Below are positions 19,001 to 27,007 of a stretch of DNA of 43,072 bases, piece by piece. Made by a program: the position numbers and the translations under genes. The notes beneath the pieces are model-generated. The model saw only the letters and a list, made by a program, of their open reading frames with translations. It was not told where the DNA came from and made no database searches. Location of the stretch: the NCBI GenBank assembly GCA_964589145.1, contig CAZPSL010000129.1:1-43072 (forward strand). Direction: 5' to 3'. Each line of letters starts with the position of its first letter. The first letter of the stretch is position 1. This stretch comes from an uncultured Anaerolineales bacterium. GTDB lineage: Bacteria; Chloroflexota; Anaerolineae; Anaerolineales; UBA11858.

Positions 19001-19831
19001 ATGCCCTCAAAACTCGTCCGCCTGCATGAAATCCTGCGCGGCATGGAACGCGTCGCCGTGGCGTTTTCCGCCGGAGTGGACAGCACCCTGCTGCTCAAAG
19101 CCGCACATGACGCCCTGGGCGATGAGAATGTTCTCGCCGTCACCGCTGTCTCGCCGAGCCTCCCCGCGCGGGAACGGGACGAAGCCGCCGCGCTGGCCCG
19201 TCAAATCGGGGCGCGGCACATTTTCATCGAAACCCGCGAGTTCGACGACCCCCGCTACCGCGCTAACACCCCGGAGCGCTGCTACTTCTGCCGTCTCGTC
19301 ACCTACGCCGAACTGCTCGATGCCGCCCGCACTCACGGGTTCGGCAGCCTCGTGGATGGCGCCAACGCCGACGACACCGGCGACTACCGTCCGGGGCGGC
19401 GTGCCGCCCGCGGGCACGGTGTCCGCAGCCCCTTGCAGGAAGCCGGACTGACCAAAGCCGAAATCCGCACCCTTGCCCGCGAATTCGGTCTCCCCAACTG
19501 GGACAAGCCCTCCGCTGCCTGCCTGGCCTCGCGCATCCCCTACGGGACGCACATCACCGCGGAAGCCCTCCGAAGCGTGGAAAAAGCCGAGGAAGCGCTG
19601 CGCGCCCTCGGTTTCCGCACGCTGCGCGTCCGCCATCATGGGCAGGTCGCCCGCATCGAGGTGCCGCCCGCCGATTTCCCCGCCCTCCTCCGCCAGCGCG
19701 AGGCCGTCATCCAATCGCTGAAAACCGCCGGTTATGCCTACGTCACCCTCGACCTGGCAGGGTTCCGCTCCGGCAGCCTGAACGAGGTGCTGGCGCAGAC
19801 GGCGGGCAACGGAGCCGACAATGGACACTGA
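19001..19831 (+). CDS. larE: ATP-dependent sacrificial sulfur transferase LarE (nickel-pincer cofactor biosynthesis)
   Basis: 276-aa ORF with a PP-loop AFSAGVDSTLL. The conserved Cys context is AACLASRIPYG and the C-terminus is VRHHGQVARIE. It is followed by larB and larC. Confidence 0.8.
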   Translation: MPSKLVRLHEILRGMERVAVAFSAGVDSTLLLKAAHDALGDENVLAVTAVSPSLPARERDEAAALARQIGARHIFIETREFDDPRYRANTPERCYFCRLVTYAELLDAARTHGFGSLVDGANADDTGDYRPGRRAARGHGVRSPLQEAGLTKAEIRTLAREFGLPNWDKPSAACLASRIPYGTHITAEALRSVEKAEEALRALGFRTLRVRHHGQVARIEVPPADFPALLRQREAVIQSLKTAGYAYVTLDLAGFRSGSLNEVLAQTAGNGADNGH

Positions 19832-20618
19832 CCGCCTCCGCACCCTGCTCGACCGCCTCCAGCGCGGCGAAACCAGCCCCGACGCGGTACTCGAAGCCCT
19901 GCGCGCCCTGCCTTTCGACGACCTCGGCGATTACGCCCGCCTCGACACGCACCGCGCCCTGCGGCAGGGGCTGCCCGAGGTGGTTTTCTGCCAGGGGAAG
20001 ACCCCCGAACAGGTTGCCGGGATTTTCGAGCGGCTGCTGGAAACCCACGACCGGGTGCTGGGGACGCGTGCCGATGCGGATGCCGCCGATTTTGTGATTT
20101 CCCGCCTCCCCGAGGCGAGTTACGACCCGGTTTCGCGGCTGCTCACCGTTTCCCGCAGGGATTTGCCCGCCCCCGCGGAAGACGCACCCTACGTTGCCGT
20201 GGTCACGGGCGGCACCTCCGACATGCCCGTTGCCGAGGAGGCTGCCCAGACCCTGGAATTTCTCGGCGCCCGCGTGGTGCGCGCCTACGATGTGGGCGTG
20301 GCGGGCATCCACCGCCTGCTCGACAAGCGCGACCTGCTGTTCGGGGCGTCGGCGGTGATCAGCATTGCCGGCATGGAGGGCGCGCTGACCTCCGTAGTCG
20401 GCGGGCTGGTGGCCTGCCCGGTTATCGGCGTGCCGACCTCGGTAGGGTACGGTGCCAGTTTCGGCGGGCTGGCCGCGCTGCTGGCGATGCTCAACTCCTG
20501 CGCCACCGGCGTCGCCGTGGTGAACATTGACAACGGCTTCGGCGCGGCGGTTTTCGCCTACAAGATTTTGCAAAGGAAGCCTGCATGGCAGGTCAGCCCA
20601 ACTGCGCGGTCTGAGTAA
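19821..20618 (+). CDS. larB: Nickel-pincer cofactor biosynthesis protein LarB (AIR-carboxylase-like carboxylase/hydrolase)
   Basis: 265-aa ORF that overlaps larE by 11 nt. LDTHRALRQGLPEVVFCQGKTPEQV and VAVVTGGTSDMPVAEEA...GVAGIHRLL...IAGMEGALTSVVGG match LarB as I recall it. Confidence 0.8.
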   Translation: MDTDRLRTLLDRLQRGETSPDAVLEALRALPFDDLGDYARLDTHRALRQGLPEVVFCQGKTPEQVAGIFERLLETHDRVLGTRADADAADFVISRLPEASYDPVSRLLTVSRRDLPAPAEDAPYVAVVTGGTSDMPVAEEAAQTLEFLGARVVRAYDVGVAGIHRLLDKRDLLFGASAVISIAGMEGALTSVVGGLVACPVIGVPTSVGYGASFGGLAALLAMLNSCATGVAVVNIDNGFGAAVFAYKILQRKPAWQVSPTARSE

Positions 20619-20764
20619 CGCGAAAATCCGTAAACAAGGCGAATATCACGAATTTCTGTTTTTCATTCGTGGCATTCATGCCATTCGTGGATGGAAATGC
20701 AGGTGAAGGGTAAAATGCTGCCACGCTCTGGGGCACCACCCGCAAACCGCAACGACAAAACGAC

Positions 20765-21931
20765 ATGAAAATTGCCTACTTCGACCTCATTGCCGGGGCT
20801 TCCGGCGATATGATGCTCGGCGCGCTGGTGGATGCCGGGCTTTCTTCCGCGCGGTTGCAGGCGGACCTCGCCGCGCTGAACCTGCAAGGCTTCGAATTGC
20901 GCACCCGCCGCGTGCGAAAGAACGGCTTTTCCGCCACCAAGGTGGATGTCATCGTTTCGGATGATGTGACTGAGCGCCGCCTGCCGGAAATCGAAGCGTT
21001 CATCGCCGGGAGCAACTTGCCAGCCGCCATCCGCGAGCAGGCAATCGCTATTTTTCAGCGCATGGGCGCGGTGGAAGCGGGCATCCACGGGCTCGCGCCG
21101 GAGCAGGTTCACCTGCACGAACTCGGCGGGGTGGATACCATCGTGGATGTGACCGGCGTCCTGCTGGGGCTGGATGCGCTGGGCGTGGGGAAAATCTGTG
21201 TTTCGCCGGTTCCCCTGGGGCGCGGGTTCGTCTCCGGGGCGCACGGGCAAATCCCGCTGCCCGCGCCAGCCACCGTCGGGCTGCTGACGGGCGTTCCGGT
21301 CACGGGCAGCCCTGTTCAGGCGGAGACTGTCACGCCCACCGCCGCCGCGCTGCTCACTGCGCTGGCGGAGGATTTCGGCGGGATGCCCGCCATGCGCCTG
21401 GAGGCGACAGGCTACGGCGCAGGCTCGCGCGATCTGCCCATCCCCAATTTGCTGCGCGTTTTCATCGGGGAAGCGGAACCCTCCCCAAAGGTCCGCGCCG
21501 AAACGCTGCTGATGCTGGAGAGCAACCTGGATGATGAGAATCCCGAAATTTACGGCTATCTGATGGAAAAACTGTTCGCCGCGGGTGCGCTGGATGTCTT
21601 CCTGACTCCGATCCAGATGAAGAAGAACCGCCCCGGAACACGGGTCAGCGCGCTGTGCCGGGAGGCGGATGCCGCTCCCGTTCGGGAAATCCTGTTTCGG
21701 GAGACGAGTACCCTGGGCGTGCGGGTGACGGAACTGCGGCGCTACGCGCTGAAGCGCGAAATCGGTACGGCGGAGACGCCCTGGGGCACGGTGCGGGTGA
21801 AAATCGCTCACCTGCCCGACGGGAGCGTGAAATCTGCGCCGGAGTACGAGGACTGCCGCCGGGTGGCGGAGGCGGCGGACGTGCCCCTGCGGGAGGTGTA
21901 CCGTGCCGCGCAAAGGGAGCCGGTCCGGTGA
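20765..21931 (+). CDS. larC: Nickel insertion protein LarC (DUF111 family)
   Basis: 388-aa ORF. The N-terminus MKIAYFDLIAGASGDMMLGALVDAGL is the LarC/DUF111 signature. HLHELGGVDTIVDV is also present. Confidence 0.8.
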   Translation: MKIAYFDLIAGASGDMMLGALVDAGLSSARLQADLAALNLQGFELRTRRVRKNGFSATKVDVIVSDDVTERRLPEIEAFIAGSNLPAAIREQAIAIFQRMGAVEAGIHGLAPEQVHLHELGGVDTIVDVTGVLLGLDALGVGKICVSPVPLGRGFVSGAHGQIPLPAPATVGLLTGVPVTGSPVQAETVTPTAAALLTALAEDFGGMPAMRLEATGYGAGSRDLPIPNLLRVFIGEAEPSPKVRAETLLMLESNLDDENPEIYGYLMEKLFAAGALDVFLTPIQMKKNRPGTRVSALCREADAAPVREILFRETSTLGVRVTELRRYALKREIGTAETPWGTVRVKIAHLPDGSVKSAPEYEDCRRVAEAADVPLREVYRAAQREPVR

Positions 21932-22437
21932 AGGCCGCGATCATCATCGCCGCGGATGAGCGGGAGGGAATCGGCTACCGGGGGCGCATCCCCTGGCACC
22001 TGCCCGCTGATTTGCGGCGATTCAAGACCCTGACGATGGGACATCATCTCATCATGGGACGCCGAACCTTTGAGAGCATCGGCCGCCCGCTGCCGGGGCG
22101 CACCACGATTGTGCTCTCCCAACGGACGGACTACGCGGCGGCGGGCTGCCTGACCGCTCCCTCCCTGGCGGCTGCGCTGGATTTGGCACAATCCCGCGGG
22201 GAGACGGAGGTTTTCATTTGCGGGGGAGCGGCGGTTTATCGGGATGCCCTGAGGGTTGCGGATGCCCTCCATTTGACGCGCGTCCACGCGGAATTTCAGG
22301 CGGATACGCGTTTTCCGGGGGTTGATCCGGCCCGATGGGTGCTGCGCTCCGCCGAATTTCACCCGGCGGATGCGGAGAATCCGTATCCGTTCACCTTCTT
22401 CGTGTATGAAAGTTCCGGGAAAGGCGGTGCGGATTGA
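21928..22437 (+). CDS. folA: Dihydrofolate reductase
   Basis: The GTG at 21928 overlaps the larC stop (GTGA). The 169-aa product has IIAADEREGIGYRGRIPWHLPADLRRFKTLTMGHHLIMGRRTFESIGRPLPGRTTIVLS, which parallels classical DHFR motifs (PW.LP.D...FK..T....IMGR.T.ESIGRPLPGR). Confidence 0.85.
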   Translation: MKAAIIIAADEREGIGYRGRIPWHLPADLRRFKTLTMGHHLIMGRRTFESIGRPLPGRTTIVLSQRTDYAAAGCLTAPSLAAALDLAQSRGETEVFICGGAAVYRDALRVADALHLTRVHAEFQADTRFPGVDPARWVLRSAEFHPADAENPYPFTFFVYESSGKGGAD

Positions 22438-22578
22438 CAATCCGCTTTGCTGGTTTGCGCAGATTCGGGTTCGGGGCTTTCGCTGAAACGCTGCGAACCA
22501 CTAAACAGTGCGAAATTCCTGATGCTGAAAGACGGGTGCGGGCAAAAATGCAAAAATTGAGCAAAGTGCGGCTCAGGT

Positions 22579-22608
22579 TTGACGTCCGCGCGGCTTATGC
22601 AGTATAAT
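22579..22608 (+). promoter_or_regulatory. Sigma-70-like promoter candidate for the signalling cassette
   Basis: TTGACG (22579-22584), an 18-nt spacer, then TATAAT (22603-22608). It lies 39 nt upstream of the ATG at 22647, in an AT-richer gap. Confidence 0.5.
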
Positions 22609-22646
22609 CTCTCTAATTCTGGCAAAGACAAAAAGAGAAAAATCTT

Positions 22647-23468
22647 ATGGCCTTAAAAGGTAACCTGCGCGATTTTACAATCACCCAATTGCTCAACCTG
22701 ATTAACCTTGCCCGTAAAACCGGCACGCTAATTATCGAAGGGCCAAACGATACTGCCTGGGTGTCTTTCAGAGAAGGGAAATTAGCCTACGCAAAAATGG
22801 GGAAAGAGGATAACAGTTTATCCACAATCCTTTACCGAGCAAAGAAAATTTCGCAGGCACAATACAAAATGATCCGAGCCAGAGCAGGCAATATGAGCGA
22901 CAAGGAATTAGGCCTGTTGCTGATTAATGCGAATTACATCACCCAGGAAGATATTCTCACCAGTCTGCAAACCGAGTATATTGGCGTTGTTCACCGGCTG
23001 TTTACCTGGGTGGAGGGATTGTTTCGCTTTGAAAACGGGATTCTTCCCCCGGATGATAAAATCACTCTGCGGATCAGCCTTGAGAACATCATCATCGAAG
23101 GTACGCGGCGACTGAGAGAATGGGAACAACTCCAGGATGAGATTCCCAGTCTGGAAATTGCCCTCAAGTTTACCGACCGCCCCGGCACCAATCTGCGCAA
23201 TGTCAATTTGAGCGTGGAAGAATGGCGGGTGGTTTCGTATATCAACCCGAAGAATTCCATCCGCCGGATTGCCAATACGACCAAAATGAACGATCTGGAA
23301 ATCCGCCGCATTGTATATGGACTGCTTCAGGCCGGTTTGGTGGAGATGGTACGGGTAGAGGGCGCTCCCGTACCCAAGCGCGGAAAGATTGCCGGCGTTA
23401 CTACAACCGACCCCGAAGAACAGAAATCGCTGGTCAACCGGCTTATTAACCGCATCCGTTCGATTTAG
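22647..23468 (+). CDS. DUF4388 domain protein
   Basis: 273-aa ORF. The N-terminus LKGNLRDFTITQLLNLINLARKTGTLIIEG...WVSFREGKLAYA matches the DUF4388 pattern (G.L.DF.L.DLLQ.L....KTG.L) as I recall it. Confidence 0.7.
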   Translation: MALKGNLRDFTITQLLNLINLARKTGTLIIEGPNDTAWVSFREGKLAYAKMGKEDNSLSTILYRAKKISQAQYKMIRARAGNMSDKELGLLLINANYITQEDILTSLQTEYIGVVHRLFTWVEGLFRFENGILPPDDKITLRISLENIIIEGTRRLREWEQLQDEIPSLEIALKFTDRPGTNLRNVNLSVEEWRVVSYINPKNSIRRIANTTKMNDLEIRRIVYGLLQAGLVEMVRVEGAPVPKRGKIAGVTTTDPEEQKSLVNRLINRIRSI

Positions 23469-23578
23469 AGCCTATCCGAAAAAATCCCTATATCTTCGGA
23501 CAGACACTTAACTAATTCCCTGCGAATTCATTCCGATTTATTTTCGGAGAAATCCAAATTCCCTGAGGATATGGCATT

Positions 23579-24118
23579 ATGCAAACAGTAAAAATGGTAA
23601 TCACCGGCCCCTTCAACTCTGGCAAGACTGAGTTTATTCAGACGGTCAGTGAAATTGACGTGGTAGCAACCGAGCGTCAGATCACATCCGAGGCTGAAAA
23701 AATCAAAGACACCACCACGGTGGCAATGGATTTTGGACGCATCACCGTCGATGAGGACCTGGTTCTCTACTTGTTTGGGACACCGGGGCAAAAACGCTTT
23801 GATTTCATGTGGGAAATTCTCTCCGAAGGGATGCTGGGCTTCATTGTCATGGTAGACAGCACCCGTCCGGAAACCTTCCGCGAAGCACGCAGCATTCTCG
23901 AAACCTTCCGGGCATACGCGCCAACTCCGTATGTGGTTGCAGCCAACAAGCAAGACCTGGAAGATGCCTGGGATATTGACGATATGCGTATTGCCCTGCG
24001 TCTCGACCCGAAATTGAAGTTTCTGCCCTGCATCGCCACCGACAAGGATTCCGTCAAAAATGTTTTGCTGGAACTGCTTTACAGCATTCTCGCCGAAATG
24101 GAAGCCGCCACATCGTGA
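23579..24118 (+). CDS. Small Ras-like GTPase of the conservon CvnD / MglA-related type
   Basis: 179-aa ORF. The P-loop is GPFNSGKT, the G3 motif is LYLFGTPGQ and the G4 motif is NKQD. The block TTTVAMDFGRITVDEDLVLYLFGTPGQKRFDFMW closely resembles actinobacterial CvnD-type ATP/GTP-binding proteins, from memory. Confidence 0.8.
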   Translation: MQTVKMVITGPFNSGKTEFIQTVSEIDVVATERQITSEAEKIKDTTTVAMDFGRITVDEDLVLYLFGTPGQKRFDFMWEILSEGMLGFIVMVDSTRPETFREARSILETFRAYAPTPYVVAANKQDLEDAWDIDDMRIALRLDPKLKFLPCIATDKDSVKNVLLELLYSILAEMEAATS

Positions 24119-24173
24119 CGCCGGCAACTCACAGCACTGCCTGCCAACCGCTATTTTCTAAAATTGCATTGTC

Positions 24174-24974
24174 GTGTCCTCAATTACCACCGACCAGGGA
24201 ATCGTTCATTACGAAGTCTACGGAAAGGGTCGCCCTGTAATCCTTCTGCATGGCTGGCTCGGCTCTTGGGGACTTTGGCAAGATACGATGGCCTATCTTG
24301 GCCGTTATTACCGGACATACGCGCTGGATTTTTGGGGGTTTGGTGAATCAGGGAAAAAACAGCCCACGTTTGCTGTACAAGATTTTGTCAGCATGGTTGA
24401 CCAATTTATGGAACGTCTGGGGATCATCCGCGCCCCGCTGGTCGGGCACAGCATGGGCGGGACGGTCAGCCTGCTGACCACACTGCAATACCCCGGCCGG
24501 GTAAGCAAAGTGGTGGTGATCGGGTCGCCCATTGTCGGCTCATCACTGGCCCTGCTGCTCAAACTGGCCGGTTACAGTTGGATTGCATCGCTGGTTTTTC
24601 ACACCATGTGGGGGCTGCGAGTCGGATTGCGCGTCAGTGCCCCTGCCATCTCCAAAAATCCTGAGTTCTACGGGATGATCGAGCGGGACCTCTCGCGGAC
24701 CACACTGGAATCTTTCTTTCTCAGCATCGCGTCCTTGCGCAAAACCGACCTTCGCCCCCTGCTACACGAAATCACCATCCCCACAATGGGGATGTACGGC
24801 GATAAAGATGTAATTGTCAACCCCAAACAACGGAATATCCTCAAAGCCGGCGTGCCACACGCACAAATTGCCCGCTTCCGAAATGCAGGGCATTTTATTA
24901 TGCTGGATAATCCCGAGGCCTTTCAGGAAACGCTCAAAAATTTCCTGGATCACAGCAGAATTCCCCTCCCATGA
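24174..24974 (+). CDS. Alpha/beta-fold hydrolase (intact GHSMG nucleophile elbow)
   Basis: 266-aa ORF with a GTG start. It has an HGW oxyanion region (ILLHGWLGSW), GHSMGG with the Ser codon at 24450-24452, an acid candidate GDKDVIV and a His in NAGHFIM. It is a paralogue of 36528-37316. Confidence 0.8.
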   Translation: MSSITTDQGIVHYEVYGKGRPVILLHGWLGSWGLWQDTMAYLGRYYRTYALDFWGFGESGKKQPTFAVQDFVSMVDQFMERLGIIRAPLVGHSMGGTVSLLTTLQYPGRVSKVVVIGSPIVGSSLALLLKLAGYSWIASLVFHTMWGLRVGLRVSAPAISKNPEFYGMIERDLSRTTLESFFLSIASLRKTDLRPLLHEITIPTMGMYGDKDVIVNPKQRNILKAGVPHAQIARFRNAGHFIMLDNPEAFQETLKNFLDHSRIPLP

Positions 24975-25600
24975 AAGCAGAACAAACCTGTAACTATTTT
25001 TACCCCAACAAAATGGGGCGAATTATTCTGCTGGCAATGGAGGAGATTTTAGGGAAGAACGGCATCAATGCGGTTTTGAACCACATCCACTTAACCAAGT
25101 GGATCAACAATTACCCGCCTAACAACCTGGATGCAGCCTTCCCGTTTACAGATTTAAGTCATATCCAAGTCGGGCTGGAGGAAATTTACGGGCCGCGCGG
25201 CGGGCAGGGGTTGGCTATGCGCATCGGGCAGGCAAGTTTCAAGTATGGGTTGCGCGAGTTTGGCCCAATGCTCGGCATCACCGATATCAACTTCCGGCTG
25301 CTTCCCCTGCCAACCAAGTTAAGCAAAGGGGCAGCCGTTTTTGCCAGCACCTTCAACAATTTCACAGACCAGCGAGTGCGCATTGAAGAAACCCCTAATG
25401 AAATACGCTGGCACATCGAGCGATGCCCGGTCTGCTGGGGTCGCCACACCGAACGCCCCAGTTGCAACCTTGCCGTAGGCATCCTGCAAGAGGCCCTTTA
25501 CTGGCTCAGCAACGGCAAATATTTCAACGTTCAGGAAACCGCATGCATTGCACAAGGCGACCCGGCCTGCACGATCGTCATTGAAAAAATTCCGGAATAA
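24971..25600 (+). CDS. V4R (4-vinyl reductase-like) small-molecule-binding domain protein
   Basis: 209-aa ORF whose ATG overlaps the upstream stop (ATGA). The C-terminal pattern RCPVCWGR...SCNLAVGILQEALYWLSNGKYFNVQETACIAQGDPACTIVI fits the Cys-rich V4R signature as I recall it. Confidence 0.6.
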   Translation: MKAEQTCNYFYPNKMGRIILLAMEEILGKNGINAVLNHIHLTKWINNYPPNNLDAAFPFTDLSHIQVGLEEIYGPRGGQGLAMRIGQASFKYGLREFGPMLGITDINFRLLPLPTKLSKGAAVFASTFNNFTDQRVRIEETPNEIRWHIERCPVCWGRHTERPSCNLAVGILQEALYWLSNGKYFNVQETACIAQGDPACTIVIEKIPE

Positions 25601-25708
25601 TCCGAACCGCAGCAGGAAATCTCACCACCAGGCCACCGCAGCATTTCGGTAACACCTCCGAAAAACACCTGCAAAACAGGCAACTGGTGACCACTCCGCA
25701 CTGACGCT

Positions 25709-27004
25709 ATGCTCAAAATCATTCTTTACGAGCCAAAACATATTTACCCCTTCAACGAACCGGCGCGGGACCTGCGTTTGCAAAACAAGCAACTCTGGCT
25801 GATTCAACGCGACGTTCTGGCACCTTATGCCGAAAAAGAACTGGAGATCTACCCAGGGCACAATCTTCCCGATATTCGCGAGGAGTGCATCGTTTTCCGC
25901 AACAATTTGTATTTTGACGAACCTTACATCGAGGCCTTCCTCACAGAAGCACGCAAGCGAAAAATCCCCAGCCGAGCGGCTTTTTCAATCCAGGATCCGG
26001 CTTTTCGGGAACACGCGTTACCCCTCTCTTCCTCCTACGTTCGAAAACCCGGCAAAACCCCGGAAGAGGACATTTACCTGGCCGATTTGTGGTACTACCC
26101 CTACGGCATCGAACCTGACGCCGAGCCATTGGTAATTGACCTGCTTTCGCGGGAGGCAGGCTACTACCATGTTCCGACCTACATGGCAACCGAGCAAGGC
26201 GACCTGGTTTTTCAGGTACCGCTGCGCAGCCTGATCGCCATCGATTCCTGGGTACACATCTTCATCACGGATGTCGTCTTCGGGCTGTTCTCGCGCGGCG
26301 CGCGCTTTGAAGACCGCCTGGAGAAGAACCCATTTTTCAAATTACAGGTACTGGCGCGGGCAATGTACGAGGGCAAGCAAGTGCTGGAATGTTCGGAGGT
26401 CGTGCGTATTGGGCGCAACTGCGTAATTGACCCCTCCGCCGTCATCCACGGGCCAACCACCATCGGAGACAACGTAACCATCGGAGCCGGTGCAGTTATC
26501 GAGAACTGCATCATTGGCGATAACTGCAATATCTCCCAAGGCTGTCAGTTGATGCTCTCCGTCGTCGGAGACGGAGCATTTTTACCCTTCCGCGCCTCCC
26601 TGTTTATGACAACCTTCATGGATAACAGCATGGTTGCCCAAAATACCTGCCTGCAAATGTGCGTGGTTGGGCGCAATACCTTCATCGGCGCAGGATCAAC
26701 GTTCACAGATTTCAACCTGCTCCCCGCCCGCCTGAAAGCCATTGACGGAAACGGAAATCTCTCAGATGCCAACCGCGAGGTTCTGGGAGGCTGCGTCGGG
26801 CACAATTGCCGCATCGGGTCAGGGATGGTCATCTTCCCCGCCCGCACCATCGAATCTGATGTCGTCCTGTTCGCTTCTCCCGAACGCCGGGTGATCACGA
26901 AAGATATCCGCTACGAAGACAGCGATCACCACAAACTTCGATTCTCTCATCTGCACCAGCGACTCCACCCCCGGCCAGGCGAAGCGGGAAACAACACCTG
27001 GTAA
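25709..27004 (+). CDS. Degenerate sugar-nucleotidyltransferase-like N-domain fused to a left-handed beta-helix (hexapeptide repeat) domain
   Basis: 431-aa ORF. The N-terminus MLKIILYEPKHIYPFNEPARDLRLQNKQLW resembles the glycine-loop-less NTP_transf_4-type fold. The C-terminal half has hexapeptide-like runs (IGRNCVIDPSAVIHGPTTIGDNVTIGAGAVIENCIIGDNCNISQGCQL...). Confidence 0.55.
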   Translation: MLKIILYEPKHIYPFNEPARDLRLQNKQLWLIQRDVLAPYAEKELEIYPGHNLPDIREECIVFRNNLYFDEPYIEAFLTEARKRKIPSRAAFSIQDPAFREHALPLSSSYVRKPGKTPEEDIYLADLWYYPYGIEPDAEPLVIDLLSREAGYYHVPTYMATEQGDLVFQVPLRSLIAIDSWVHIFITDVVFGLFSRGARFEDRLEKNPFFKLQVLARAMYEGKQVLECSEVVRIGRNCVIDPSAVIHGPTTIGDNVTIGAGAVIENCIIGDNCNISQGCQLMLSVVGDGAFLPFRASLFMTTFMDNSMVAQNTCLQMCVVGRNTFIGAGSTFTDFNLLPARLKAIDGNGNLSDANREVLGGCVGHNCRIGSGMVIFPARTIESDVVLFASPERRVITKDIRYEDSDHHKLRFSHLHQRLHPRPGEAGNNTW

Positions 27005-27007
27005 ATC

